The notes under the pieces are model-generated. The model was not told the origin of the DNA. It made no database searches and saw only the letters and a list, made by a program, of their open reading frames with translations. Shown in pieces: positions 1 to 12,200 of a DNA stretch of 64,000 bases. The stretch lies in the NCBI RefSeq assembly GCF_964204645.1, contig NC_134025.1:372001-436000 (forward strand), read 5' to 3'. Origin of the DNA: Tubulanus polymorphus. Lineage: Eukaryota; Animalia; Nemertea. The position numbers and the translations under genes are program-made. Within the stretch, counting starts at the first letter, position 1, and the number at the start of each line of letters is the position of its first letter.

Positions 1-669
1 CCCACTCTCTTAGCCAGTAGTGGACTACCCTTTTGACGCCACTTTTGTGCTTGGTGGCTTTAAGCTCACCTTTCTTGAGTCGAGGTAGGAATAGACCCCT
101 GCCCGCCATCTAGGCCAGCAGAACACTAAACCTTCGAATTGCTCTCGGACCCCACTCTTTTCATGTTCTTTCTTTTTCTTATGGCTCTCTCTCTATCTCT
201 CTCTATCTCTCTTTGCTTTGTATCAGTACCACCCGGCAGTAAGTGAATATATAGGAAATATAGTAATTGAACTGGGTTTAAATCCATCCCAATCAGTGCT
301 TTTAAAACCAGTAGTAGGGCAGCAGTTCACTATAGTCAGACAGAATCATATCATTGTTTGATGATATTGTTTATTTGCAGCACCATTTGTTCCATGAAAC
401 AAGTTTCAATTCCTAAATGAATCAATGAATTCAATCTTCAATAGCATCATTCTCGATGTATCTCATATAGAGATTGTGGAATAGTAAGCGCGGGAAGGCT
501 GTATAAGGCTAGGTACGATACTACTGATATAAACCCTTGAAGTATTTACATCCAAGTTGAAATCACTCTGTTGAGTTCTATCCTGTCAAGGACATGCTAA
601 AAGCCCATCTTATTCATCAACGCGTATCAGAATTTTGCGCGTACCTATATTTCGTAAATGAGCCACGCA

Positions 670-970
670 TTCAAAACGACGGGCTTTCTATACAGGCTTG
701 TATTCAATTACACTGCACAATATGTCAGTGAAGAGACATAATGAATGCAGATCAAAACACTAGTTCAACTAGAGAAAATACACATGTGAGTATTTTCAGT
801 CAATACATATTTGAGTGAAACTCAACTCATTTCAAAAATACCCGTGTACTCAAAACGACAGGCTTTCTACACAGGCTCGTACTGTATCCAAACTCCAACT
901 CTGGACTGGTCCACTTTCTACACGGGCTCGTACTGTATCCCAACACCAACTCTGGACCGGTCCACTTTCT
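670..970. repeat. Short degenerate direct repeats (~54-bp unit tttctacacrggctcgtactgtatccmaac...ctggac)
   Basis: Unit seen at ~864 and ~915, with a related copy at ~685; these repeats explain ORFs 811..1071 and 815..1111. Confidence 0.7.
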
Positions 971-2384
971 CTGAATCGCATTACCCTACCCCAACATCAC
1001 CCGTGTACTGTCCTATCACCATCCTTGTCACCATTTCCCTACATTTCAGACAGAAACAGATTTCTATCTAAAGAAGTTGTGGGGGGGGGAAGGACAACAT
1101 CTGTTATATGAGCCGTACTTCAGTACTGTCTCCTGATGAGTGAAAGAGCATCAGGAGCATCACTCATCATTGTTCAAAACATTCAACTGTGGTCCCATTC
1201 AAAACACAGCAAAAACCCTGCTACTAGTGAAAACATGGATAAATTCACCCTTACCTCAACAACACCAAACATCCTGCCCCCCCACATTACCCAAACTTAC
1301 ACTATCCTTAACACTCTACACACACCGCCCCCTATCTTACACATACCATACCAGCATCACTACGACACAACCTCCCTCGCCAGGGTCTGGTTGCGTTCCG
1401 CTGAATCTCACATCTGGATAATTACTCCGCAATAATTGGCTGAATAATTCCTCGTATTTCAATAGACCGATGAATAAAGAGATGCAGTCGGCGTTTGTCG
1501 ACGTGAGCGACAGCAGGAAGCGACCCGAGCCCTGGTGAGTGAGGATGCTACTGTACCGCCCTCTACAAGCAACCTTTCAATCCGTTATCATACACCCTCC
1601 GAACATACACACCGTACACTACCACATACACCCACCCCAAACAGTTCTATATTAAACTCATCATCGAATCCAACCACATCAAACAACCCTGCATCATCCA
1701 ACCGACCTTACCTCATCACATTATCATATCCTACCCTAACAGTCAACTACACCATACCCTGCCCCATTCCATACCCAAACCTCATACAACTCATTCCCTA
1801 TATGATTGAATGAGTGGAAATGTTACGATGTTGTAGTTACACGGATGAGAATGATTCTTATCGCTAATGAAGATGAGAGAATAAAACATTCTTCGAACTG
1901 AGGAGGAATAAGTGAATAAATGACTGCAGTGTTACACAGTCAGTGTTACATGTACATCAGTTATATCTCTATTAGACTGAAACAATGAGTGAAACTTCTA
2001 CAGTTACAATCTGACACAAATCAAACTGCGTCAGAAAACATTTGACAACTTTCTATTTTTCTATCACTTTGGTTTCAGATGTGCTTCATATGTATTCATA
2101 TAGAATGTGTTATTATTATTTCAGTTGTAATGATTAGGTTGATTCAGTGGTCGCTGTAAGGAACTCTGATCTATAGCTGTGTGTGAAGTGAGCTGAAGAT
2201 GGATACAGATACTTGCTGGAGATAAATTTAATAACCGTTTATAATGATTCTACATTTTGTTTTAGTCTGTTAGGAGATAAACTGAATTCTGATCCTGAAC
2301 ATCTTCAACTCCTCCAAGCAATAAGTGGTATGAATGATGACAGAATTCTAAAACTACTTATCTAATCTGTTATCTCATTCAGCT

Positions 2385-2492
2385 GCTCCTGCACTGCTCC
2401 TACGATACTCCTGCTGCTCCTACAATACTCCTCCTCTGCTGCTCCTACGATACTCCTGCTGCTCCTACGATACTCCTCTGCTGCTCCTACTG
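2385..2492. repeat. Minisatellite ~20-24 bp (ctgctcctacgatactc)
   Basis: About five tandem degenerate units read directly. Confidence 0.75.
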
Positions 2493-3033
2493 CGTTGCTC
2501 TTGACTCTTGAATCTTATTTCATACCACAGTAAACAGGAATTGTGCCTGAAATAAAGAATATTAGATTTCAATGTGGTATCTGTTGATTGTAGACTATTC
2601 ACAGATATCAGTTACACGATTGATTAAAAGAGAGACAAACCTTTTCTAAAAGATGATTAATAGATCTCAACCCAGTTACAGCCAGTGAAGGGAGGTAGTT
2701 GTTCATATTGTTGTTTTTAACTGATTTGGACTGACCGTTGAAGGAAGGATCGATTGATGAAATCTGCTGTTTGTATCTGTAACAATAAGAAAAGGAGGTC
2801 ACTGTAATTATTACTGGTAATATTCACCACAATATAATCTGTAAGCAGTAATGACAATGATTTAGTTCACTCATCACAACTGGCTGTTGTTACTGTTATT
2901 GTGTTGAAGACCTCGATCTTCCAACAACAACTAAAGCACATGTAACTAATTCAACAGTTTGTTCTAAGTGTGTTTGAATGATAATTATTGTAGGATAACT
3001 CGGATAGTTTCTCCCTCATATAGTAGCAGCAAG

Positions 3034-3271
3034 GGCCACCTTCAGTTATCGGAGTTAGTCGACTATAGTCGAACTAAATTAAACCGAATGTCCGTTAAGT
3101 AGTCGGAACTATGGTCCGGAAATGGTCGATCACGCAATTGAGCACGGTCGCTACAGTTCGGACCTAGGTTCAAGATGGCCGACACTGTGTGAAATACGTT
3201 TCGACCGATCTAGTGTGTTCGGTAATTAGTTCCGACCACTCGTCGACTAGCTACGACAACCGAAGTTGGCC
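3034..3271. mobile_element. MITE with ~30-bp TIRs and 3-bp TSD (AAG), PIF/Harbinger-like
   Basis: Left end ggccaccttcagttatcggagttagtcgac matches the reverse complement of the right end, ggccaacttcggttgtcgtagctagtcgac; aag flanks both sides (3031-3033, 3272-3274). Confidence 0.75.
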
Positions 3272-3487
3272 AAGTCCAAGAAGGCGAGGTGCGGCTCATC
3301 GGACCGTGACGACACACGTGACGTACTTCAAACACGACTTAGAATAATATTTGGCGGCGGGTCTCAGGTCAGTTTTAGAGACGGTGTTTAGTACCTGCAT
3401 CTCCGGGGTTTATACCGAACTGTTAACTTAATACATAGATATAATTCAAAGTTAAAATACTGGAAAATTCCAAGACTTACCAAATTT

Positions 3488-3520
3488 CAATATGGCGGGT
3501 CACGACTCCACACCGGAAGT
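3488..3520 (+). promoter_or_regulatory. Housekeeping-type promoter elements upstream of ALG3 (YY1-like CAATATGGCGG, ETS CCGGAAGT)
   Basis: Motif matches in a CpG-richer stretch upstream of a putative 5'UTR intron (donor gtaagt 3852, acceptor tgtag 4205). Confidence 0.5.
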
Positions 3521-3550
3521 GAGGACTTGCGGATTCTCGGCGTGGTCGTG

Positions 3551-3681
3551 GATTTTAAATGTATGTCCACTCTTGTACTGTTTTCCCTGTGTTTTGATGT
3601 TAATATTTTATTGCATGTCATTTCCTATGTAACTTGTGTATTATATGGAGCAATAAAATTAAAGTTCAAGTTCAAGTTCAA
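3551..3681 (+). mobile_element. 5'-truncated non-LTR retroposon 3' end with (AAGTTC)n tail and 7-bp TSD
   Basis: T-rich body, AATAAA and an aagttcaagttcaagttcaa tail; ggtcgtg is duplicated at 3544-3550 and 3682-3688. Confidence 0.6.
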
Positions 3682-3939
3682 GGTCGTGACAGTAGTTGGA
3701 GCGCTGTCGCGATATGGGTGCCCTGATGTCGATATTGTCGGAGCTCCCCATTTTTCGACCGATCCATACTTACCAATTCAAATCAAATACAAACGCATTT
3801 CAATCGATCATCATTAATAATTGAATGGAATCACAATTATCGGGTTGATAGGTAAGTAGCCCAAACCGACCCTCTCATTTCTAAAGGTTTGATTATAGCA
3901 AAGGTTTGGTTGGGTAGCCCTGTGGGGCGGTGGTGAAGC

Positions 3940-4080
3940 TAGTCAGTAACCTGTCTGTGGTTTAGTTTCACGATCGGATATTTTCACAAACCACATATGC
4001 CTGGTACCAGTTGGTATAAGCCCATCCGATTATAAAAAGCTTACCACCAACGATTAGGTAACTAACTATGGTGAAGCAAA
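3940..4080. repeat. Dispersed repeat, second copy at ~17430-17570
   Basis: Shared blocks gatattttcacaaaccaca, gttggtataagcc, tccgattataaaa and gattaggtaactaa occur at both loci. Confidence 0.7.
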
Positions 4081-4240
4081 CCCCACAAAAACAATCCGTG
4101 TGGTGAATGAATAAAGTTGCTGACTGCTGAGCCGGTAGTCAATTGTTTAGGATTTCCCCTGGATTTACATAAACTTAACTCTTAAAATTCTTATATTTAT
4201 TGTAGGCTGATTTTGGAATAGATTAACTGGCGATGTAATA

Positions 4241-5458
4241 ATGGCTCCAGTGATAATGAGAAAATTCAAATCGTTGCTTCGCGACAATCATTTGTCGTGG
4301 TGGATCGTGATTTTACTGTTTGCCGCTGAGATATTCCTGAACGTGTTCGTTATTCTGAAAATTCCTTACACTGAAATTGATTGGAAAGCTTACATGCAAG
4401 AGGTGGAAGGGGTTGTAAACGGATCCTACAATTACACAACGCTTAAAGGTGACACCGGTCCACTAGTTTACCCAGCTGGATTCGTATATATATTCATGGC
4501 ATTATATTTTGTAACGGGCTATGGAAGGAATATTCGTGTGGCTCAGTTTATATTCGCTATATTCTACTTGTTAACGTTTGTTTTGGTGTTTAATATTTAT
4601 CGAATAACTAAAAAGGTGCCTGCTTACGTGTTGATATTAATGTGCGGTATTTCATATAGAATCCATTCGATTTATTTATTGCGTTTATTCAACGATCCAG
4701 TAGCTATGATATTCCTGTACGCTGCTATTAATTGGTTTCTGATCGGAAGATGGTCGGTTGGTTGCGTATTTTATAGCGTCGCTGTTTCGATTAAGATGAA
4801 TATACTACTGTTTTCACCAGCTCTGCTCATGTTGCTGCTGTCGTCTCAAGGACTCGTTAAAACCGGGCTTCATTTAGCCCTTTGTGCAATGATTCAGGTT
4901 GTACTGGGTTTGCCATTTCTTATGACGAATCCTTGGGGCTACGTGAAAATGTCATTCGACTTGGGAAGACAGTTTATGTACAAATGGACGGTAAATTGGC
5001 GTTGTATTCCACTCGATACGTTTGAAAATCGTAACTTTCACATCTTGTTACTGATGCTGCATATCGTGTTTCTTATTCTATTTGCTTACTATAAATGGAG
5101 TCCGATGTTTGGTAATATGAAGACCGTTATTACGAAGTATCGTAAACCGGTATTAAATATCCTTCGTTCAAACGATATAATCTTACCCCTTTTTACCGCA
5201 AATTTCATCGGTGTAACATTTAGCCGATCTCTACATTATCAATTTTATGTGTGGTATTTTCATACTCTTCCATATTTGTTATGGTCGACCCGTTACCCTG
5301 TCGTATTAAGGTTACTGATGCTGGTTGCTATAGAGTTGTGTTGGAATACTTATCCATCGACTGTTTGGAGTAGTGGGTTGCTCCATCTTTGCCATTTAGT
5401 TCTCTTGATAGGACTTATTTCTGCGCCTTTTAAAGCGACATTAAAAAAAAGAATTTAG
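4241..5458 (+). CDS. ALG3: Dol-P-Man:Man5GlcNAc2-PP-Dol alpha-1,3-mannosyltransferase ALG3 (intronless CDS, 405 aa)
   Basis: Hallmark motifs PYTEIDWKAYM, GDTGPLVYPAG, RIHSIYLLRLFND, SIKMN, RQFMYKWTVNWR, SRSLHYQFYVWY and WNTYPST; C-terminal KKRI ER-retrieval-like signal; AATAAA at 5613. Confidence 0.96.
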   Translation: MAPVIMRKFKSLLRDNHLSWWIVILLFAAEIFLNVFVILKIPYTEIDWKAYMQEVEGVVNGSYNYTTLKGDTGPLVYPAGFVYIFMALYFVTGYGRNIRVAQFIFAIFYLLTFVLVFNIYRITKKVPAYVLILMCGISYRIHSIYLLRLFNDPVAMIFLYAAINWFLIGRWSVGCVFYSVAVSIKMNILLFSPALLMLLLSSQGLVKTGLHLALCAMIQVVLGLPFLMTNPWGYVKMSFDLGRQFMYKWTVNWRCIPLDTFENRNFHILLLMLHIVFLILFAYYKWSPMFGNMKTVITKYRKPVLNILRSNDIILPLFTANFIGVTFSRSLHYQFYVWYFHTLPYLLWSTRYPVVLRLLMLVAIELCWNTYPSTVWSSGLLHLCHLVLLIGLISAPFKATLKKRI

Positions 5459-5736
5459 AAATCTAAATACTTCGTGGTCACAAGGTCTCATTCAAATAGT
5501 TTTACAAACTAACCGATATATACAATTTGTTAACATGGAAAACAGTTTGTCGTGATGCATATTGGTTAAGTGTCAAAAGATGGCATACGGTATTTATACA
5601 TCTAGGGGAGGGAATAAAACACATTATTATTCAAACGATTTTATTTTCATTGCTCGCTTGCTGCAGTTTATTCTATCAAATCATTCTAATAAATCACTGA
5701 TCTGATCCGTGTCAACTCCAGATAAATGAACGCGGT

Positions 5737-6148
5737 TACCCTAGTGTTGGCCTGGTGAATTAACGCAGAAACCCTAGTGTTGGTCTGATGAATAAACGCA
5801 GAAACCTTAGTGTTGGCCTGTTTAATAAACGCAGAAACCCTAGTGTTGGCCTGTTAATAAACGCAGAAACCCTAGTGTCGGCCTGTTAATAAACGCAGAA
5901 ACCCTAGTGTCGGCCTGGTGAATAAACGCAGAAACCCTAGTGTTGGCCTGTAAATAAACGCAGAAACCCTAGTGTTGGCCTGGTGAATAAACGCAGTAAC
6001 CATAGTGTTGGCCTGTGAATAAACGTTGAAACCCTAGTGTTGGCCTGTAAATAAACGCAGAAACCCTAGTGTTGGCCTGTAAATAAACGCAGAAACCCTA
6101 GTGTTGGCCTGTAAATAAACGCAGAAACCCTAGTGTTGGCCTGGTGAA
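5737..6148. repeat. Tandem array, ~13 copies of 32-34 bp (aataaacgcagaaaccctagtgttggcctgt)
   Basis: Units read directly; the array lies between the ALG3 polyA signal and the MED8 start. Confidence 0.92.
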
Positions 6149-6307
6149 CCGCCGTTTCATTTGAAATATGGCAGGTTTGACATTTATACTCTCAGAGGCG
6201 AATACGCCTGTCAGGGCAGGTCTGCGGATTCTTAAGAACGACCCTACTCTACTCAAAATATCGTCTTAGATGTTTCTACAGCTGTTTGAATTGTTAAATG
6301 TTATGAA

Positions 6308-8340
6308 ATGCAGGTAAATAAAGCTAACTATTCGTTTAAACAGTTTACAGTGATTTACGCGTCAAAAACTGTTGAAAAACCAAATGAATTATTTGTAGAC
6401 CTTTCTTAAAGTTCAATTCAAATCTTGTGGTATATTCCGGTAGTACTCTGACGAGTTTCTTATCTTTTTAGCGCGAAGAAAAACAATTAGAGGCAGCTTT
6501 AGACGCTTTAGTGCAGAAATTGAAAGATTTAAAAAGTGCATTGACAAGTTTTCTAATAAAATTAGAACATGAATATGAATCGTCAAACTGGTATGTATTA
6601 AATACAGTCAACTCCTCACTCATTCATTCAGCCAGGGCTGGAATCAGTGCATTCTTCATGTTATGTGTTTGTGTTTATTTTAGGCCGACGATGTTGGATA
6701 GTTTTGCGTTGATCACAAGTCAATTAAACAGTCTTCATAAATTATTGAAATCCGATCGTTGTCCTCCGCTGAGGAATTATATATTACTGCCTTTAGTGTT
6801 GAATCCTGATCGCGACCCAGAGCTTGAGGTAGGTAAACTTATTCTCCAGGGGGGTGTAGATTGTCAAAGCATCTCAATTTGTAGATCTTTGATATATATA
6901 GGGAAGAGAGCCTGATCATTGAGACTAACATCTTCTGAAGGAATTGGTGCCTTCCATTCTTGAATCTCTAAAGATTGAAATTTATTTCAGAAATTATCGG
7001 AAGGAAGAGTTTTGACGTTTGATCACGCGTTAGTTCCTGATTATCTACGAACTAAACCCGAACCGGAGATAGAAGAAAAGATCCACGCTTACTCAAACCG
7101 AGCTCACATTCTATCAGTCGATAATCTACAGGTTAATTTCTCATTTTACTCATCGAACTGATTTTCAGTATTTTGTTACTATTTTATCCCGAAAAATACT
7201 GATTTGGTTTTGTTTGATGCGTACAGAAGATGTAACCGAGGGTCGAATCCCATTAATAACTGATTAATTTAAACATTTTCTTTGATTCATATTTTCAATG
7301 TCATGTTCAAATGGTTACTGATTCTGCCCTTGTTTTGGTGTGCTGGGTTTGTAAGGGACACCAAAACAGAAAATCAAAACGAAATCCACCAATCAAATAA
7401 ATAACAAGGTCAATCCCTATTTTAAGATAAGAAAAAACTTATTTTTCCAGGATTGAGAAATTGTTTTTGTTTTTCTTGCAGAAACAAATAAATGGATTAA
7501 ATAAAGTATCAAATCACATGATTGACACGATACAATCGTCTAGAGATGATTGGGAAAGTGAAATCAGTAAGTGACTTTTATCTCTCTTCCTTCAGACTGT
7601 TCTATATCCAGTTACACAGTTATCAGTTCAGGTTTTAATCTTATTGAATATCAATTCATTTCTGATATTTTAATCTCTTGCATCCAATCATCACTCACAA
7701 CTGGATTCTAGTTATGAGATAATATCAATCCTTGTCAGTGATAATCAATGATTTGAATGTTGAATATTATTTTTTAAGGTCAGAAATCAGCTCAACCTCA
7801 AACATCATCCCTCACTGATACAAACGCTTTAATTGCTGCAGTCAGTTTTGGTAAAGGTTTAAAACAGTTGCGTCGATCAGATAGTTTTACTGGAATGCCG
7901 GATATGACTGTTCGAGGTCCTCCTCAAATGATGCAACAACAACAAGGTGTGGATTTCAACCTTTACTTTATTTCTCTTCCATTATACAAACTACAGTCGA
8001 TGTGGAAACTTGCAAAATTCAAATTACCTCAAGATCCGGATTTTAGCTGTAAAGATGGCTACTTTTTTTTAGAAGAACCTCTTAATCTTCTCCTCTCAAC
8101 CAAATGCAGTTTCCCTCTCACCCTCCTCTCACTCCTCTATCTTTTATCTATTTTAGATCGTTTTAGATACTGGTAATTTAGAACTCAGATCGTTTTCACA
8201 GAAAGTTTCTGACTCTATAAACTGTTTGTTTTATATTTTCAGTTCCGACTCCTACAATAAATATGAATATGAATAAAGCACCGAGTTCAGTGAAAACACA
8301 AATAAAAGCAGCTTCCAGCATGAACCCTTATTCACGTTGA
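6308..8340 (+). CDS. MED8: Mediator subunit 8; coding exons 6308-6313, 6472-6590, 6684-6828, 6991-7131, 7482-7566, 7779-7946, 8243-8340
   Basis: Spliced product [15 protein letters not shown]...[11 protein letters not shown]...[13 protein letters not shown]...EGRV...[14 protein letters not shown]...[15 protein letters not shown]...[15 protein letters not shown] matches MED8 end to end; all introns are GT-AG with consistent phases; YY1-like aaatatggcag at ~6164; AATAAA at ~8428. Confidence 0.93.
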
Positions 8341-8803
8341 AATTCAAGTGGGTCTCGAGTTTGTAACCCTTGAAATGAAACCTATTTGTAATATGTATCT
8401 GTGTTTGTAAACTAAATGTTGTAAAAAAATAAATTTGTCTCATTAAATATTTATAATCTTTTTATATTTTGATTAAAATCTTCTGAAAGGAGTCGGTATG
8501 TTTTTTGCTGGAGCCAAGAAATCAAATACCCGGTAATCACAATGTAGTTCTATCATTTATCTGTGTCAGGTACTACATTCCTACTGTGGCAAGCCAGCAA
8601 TAAAGCTATTTTCAGACATAGGATATTGAATAAAACGTTAAATTTCTTCAGATCAACACTGAATCTTTATTTGTCTGAGGTATGAATCTATCTTCCTAAG
8701 TCCATGTACCGGTAAATAACTGTATCCCAGTTTTACTCAATTCAAAATCCGTATCCGAGTTTTATTTGTAATGGTGGCAGCACCTGACGGTGTTTAATTA
8801 ATT

Positions 8804-8823
8804 ACTTCCGCAAAATGGCTGAC
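8804..8823 (+). promoter_or_regulatory. ETS (acttccg) plus YY1-like (caaaatggctg) motifs, probable MICAL promoter
   Basis: Adjacent motifs followed by a donor (gtaggc ~8873) and an acceptor (tatttcag 9158) before the MICAL ATG. Confidence 0.5.
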
Positions 8824-9274
8824 TATATCTAATAATATTGTATAATGAATTTCCGAATAAACAGATAAAGAGGTAGGCTTTGAATCATATTTGAATAAAG
8901 GGCTGGGTTTGATTAAATTCAGCTGTTCATTGAGATAAAACTGAGTCGTTTCCTCGCCGTAGGTTTATCTGTAATAAATCCGATGACTGTGTCTGACTAA
9001 AAAAAAACAGAGATACTATGTCTATACTGGAAACGAAGTGACTGATCTGATGATGAGTCTGATGGAAGAATTTTTTAAGAACTTTTTTCTATCTCAGGCC
9101 CAGAATTGAATGGAAACATTTGAACTAGATCATGTGATTTTGATGGATTCTATTTCAGCTGCCCCTCCCTGCCTGACTGACAGACTATGTGCGCTGATGA
9201 GTCCTCAGCTGGTAAACTAGAGAAATGAGATTATAGAGATCAGATACTGGTATCAACCGAGGATAGAATCAATC

Positions 9275-12200
9275 ATGGGTTTCAAAGATAACAATGAACA
9301 GCAACAGAAAAGAGTTCCTTTATTTGATCAGTTTATGAATGCTAATACTCTGAGAGGAATAGTTCATACATTTCATCAGTTGTGCGATCACTACGATCTA
9401 CGAACAAGTGAACAGAACTTTTACTGGAAACTACGCTCGAAATTAACCACGTGGAAAGCACAATCTCTCTGGGCTAAACTCGATAAGAAAGCTAATCAGA
9501 AAGAATACAAGAAAGGCACAGCTTGTAACAATACAAGGGTAAGAGATCCATAGTTCCTGTCGCACTTACACACAGTCCATCTTGTACTTACAAAAAGTCT
9601 GTCTTGCACTTATGCATAGTCCATCTCTTATGCTGACACATAGTATCAGCTGTAGCTGCCCCAAGTTTTTAATTTCTAACGGTTTTATGATTTTGCCTCA
9701 GTCGTCAATAGAAAATAAACTTCAGCAATTATATGCAGATATTTCAGCAAATGTGTGATCTTCAATAAAACAGAAGCAAACACCAGTGATTCAGTGTTGT
9801 ATGTTGTATATTGTATGTTGTATGTTGTAGGTGTTTATAATAGGCGCCGGACCATGCGGATTACGAGCTGCTATCGAAGCTGCGTTACTCGGAGCTCGAA
9901 CTGTCGTCGTAGAAAAACGAGATCGATTCTCTAGAAATAACGTTCTTCATCTCTGGCCTCACGTAATTTACGATCTAAAAAGTCTCGGCGGAAAAAAATT
10001 CTACGGAAAATTCTGCGCTGGTGCCATCGATCATATCAGTAAGTGAGATACTTATTTCATTAATTAATTAATTTCACTTAATTGTTGTAATTAATGATAA
10101 TATATGTTAATTATGATGTATTTATGCGAACAGGTATTCGTCAGTTACAGTGTATGCTGTTAAAAGCTGCGCTAGTTTTCGGTGTCGATGTTCAAATTAA
10201 TGTCGGTTTTGAAGGTTTAATTGCTCCTCCTGAAGATCAATCCGAAGGTATTTATTTATTCAGCCTATTATTAGGGGCGAGATTGACGTGAAAAATAGTA
10301 GAAAAATCTTAAAAACTGAGTTGAAATTTCTGAGTGAAAAATATGGAAATTGCAAAAGCCAAGGCTACAGTTTCATGCCTTTTCTTACACAATTTAGAAA
10401 ATTCATATTTTGAAGAATCAATTTCACTCCTGGTTTTCTTTCAAACGATATATAATTTCATACTGATCATGATTGTACTGTAGGTATAGGATGGAAGGCT
10501 AACGTTACACCTGCTGATCATCCACTCTCTGAATTTGAGTTTGATGTATTGATCGGCGCCGATGGAAAACGTAATACTCTCGACGGTAAGAAATATTTGT
10601 AGATTTAATTTTTATGATTATGTTTATCCAAATGACATCTTACACTTAGAAATTGAATTTGAAATGCAAATTTGAATTGAAAAATTCAGACAACTTATTT
10701 TAGGTAATATTGCTAAAAAGAAAATAAATGCATTTCTGTTTCTCTGAAGATGAGATTTATATAAATTTCAAACTGTCATGGCCCAGTTTCACAAAAAGGT
10801 TTAACTCTTAAATTGATTTAATTTCTTCATTAATTCAGTTTATCTGAAATCGATTTAGGCCTTAATCCTTTTCGTGAAACTGGGCCCTGAATGATAAACT
10901 TAGAAATGTGATCATTGTTCGTTTTCTAGGATTCAAAAGAAAAGAATTTCGCGGTAAATTAGCGATAGCGATCACCGCAAATTTCATCAACTTTCACTCG
11001 ACGGAAGAAGCTCAGGTAGAAGAGATCAGCGGAGTAGCGTTTATATTCAATCAGAAATTCTTCCAGGATCTAAAAGAAGAAACTGGAATCGATCTAGAAA
11101 ACATTGTCTATTACAAAGATGAAACTCATTATTTTGTGATGACGGCTAAAAAACAAAGTCTTCTTTATAAAGGAGTTCTTCTGAATGTAAGTTTAACCGA
11201 ATGATTAGGGGTTTGTGGACCTGGAGGGATTACATAAGATTATCAATATTTCGAATGAACAAAGACTTTGCGCTCGATGTTGAAGAATCTGAAAATGGTT
11301 ATTTCTGTAAAACAAAGGCGTAGCTTAAAACCTGACATGAAATGGTTAGATTTCTTGTACTACTGCCAGAATGAACATTTCAAGGGGATTTGTTTTACTA
11401 ATCTGACCAGTGATCAGTGACTGGTGACAGAAATTAATTGTAATAGTTTTATTCGATGTTTTATTTCAGGATTACCCAGATACGGCTATGTTACTATCTC
11501 GTGATAACGTCAATCAGGAAGCTTTGAGAAATTACGCTAAAGAAGCTGCCGATGTTTCGACTAAGAAACAGCTACCACTTTTAGAATTCGCTCACAATCA
11601 TTACAATCAGGCAGATTTAGCTATGTTTGATTTTACGTCGATGTTCGCCGCGATAAACGCATCCAGAATTATAGAACGTAGAAATCATAAACTATTAACG
11701 TGTCTCGTCGGCGATAGTTTATTAGAGGTAGAGATTATTATTATTAATCAGCTCAGTTAAACTAACACAACAACTGTATATCAGAATTCATTTCTACGGT
11801 TCTGGGGCTGCAGTTGCTCAAATGTTGTTTAGAGTTAACCACTGGATAGTTGACCTAGTTAAGATTAAAAGTCCATTGTTACTATGGTATTTATCCACCG
11901 GTTATCCCTGTCCCTGGGTTATGTTCAACTCTCAACTCACTGTGAAACTGAGCCCTGGGGCCGGTTCCTCAGTTGAGACTTAAGTCCAAAAATGGTCTTA
12001 AATTTCAAGAATGGTCTTTAAGTTGTAAAATTGGTTATAGAACTAAGATGGTCTTAAATTGGTCTTAAGTCTAAGCCATGACTATGGAACTGAGCCCTGG
12101 GGCTGGTTCCTCGGTTAAGACTTAAGTCCAAAAATGGTCTTGAATTTTAAGACTGGTCTTAAGTTGTAAAATTGGTTATAGAACTAAGATGGTCTTAAAT

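Noticed and set aside
1-180. Minus-strand exon (MKKSGVREQF...RK|gtgag) at the window start
   Set aside because: Only a donor-like site and a short frame; no recognisable homology, and the rest would lie outside the window.
1130-1170. Hammerhead-like CTGATGAGTGAAA (also ctgatgagtcc at ~9194)
   Set aside because: No stem II between the core boxes at 1134 and no matching GAC-GAAA at 9194; only a simple local hairpin.
5737-6148. CRISPR-like appearance of ~33-bp repeats (also 44620-44890 and 48168-48875)
   Set aside because: Units are contiguous with no unique spacers, there are no cas genes, and the context is eukaryotic.
4241-9275. ALG3-MED8-MICAL as a trans-spliced operon
   Set aside because: Spacing is tight, but each gene has its own YY1/ETS-like promoter motifs and polyA signal, and ALG3 and MICAL have cis donors for their 5'UTR introns.
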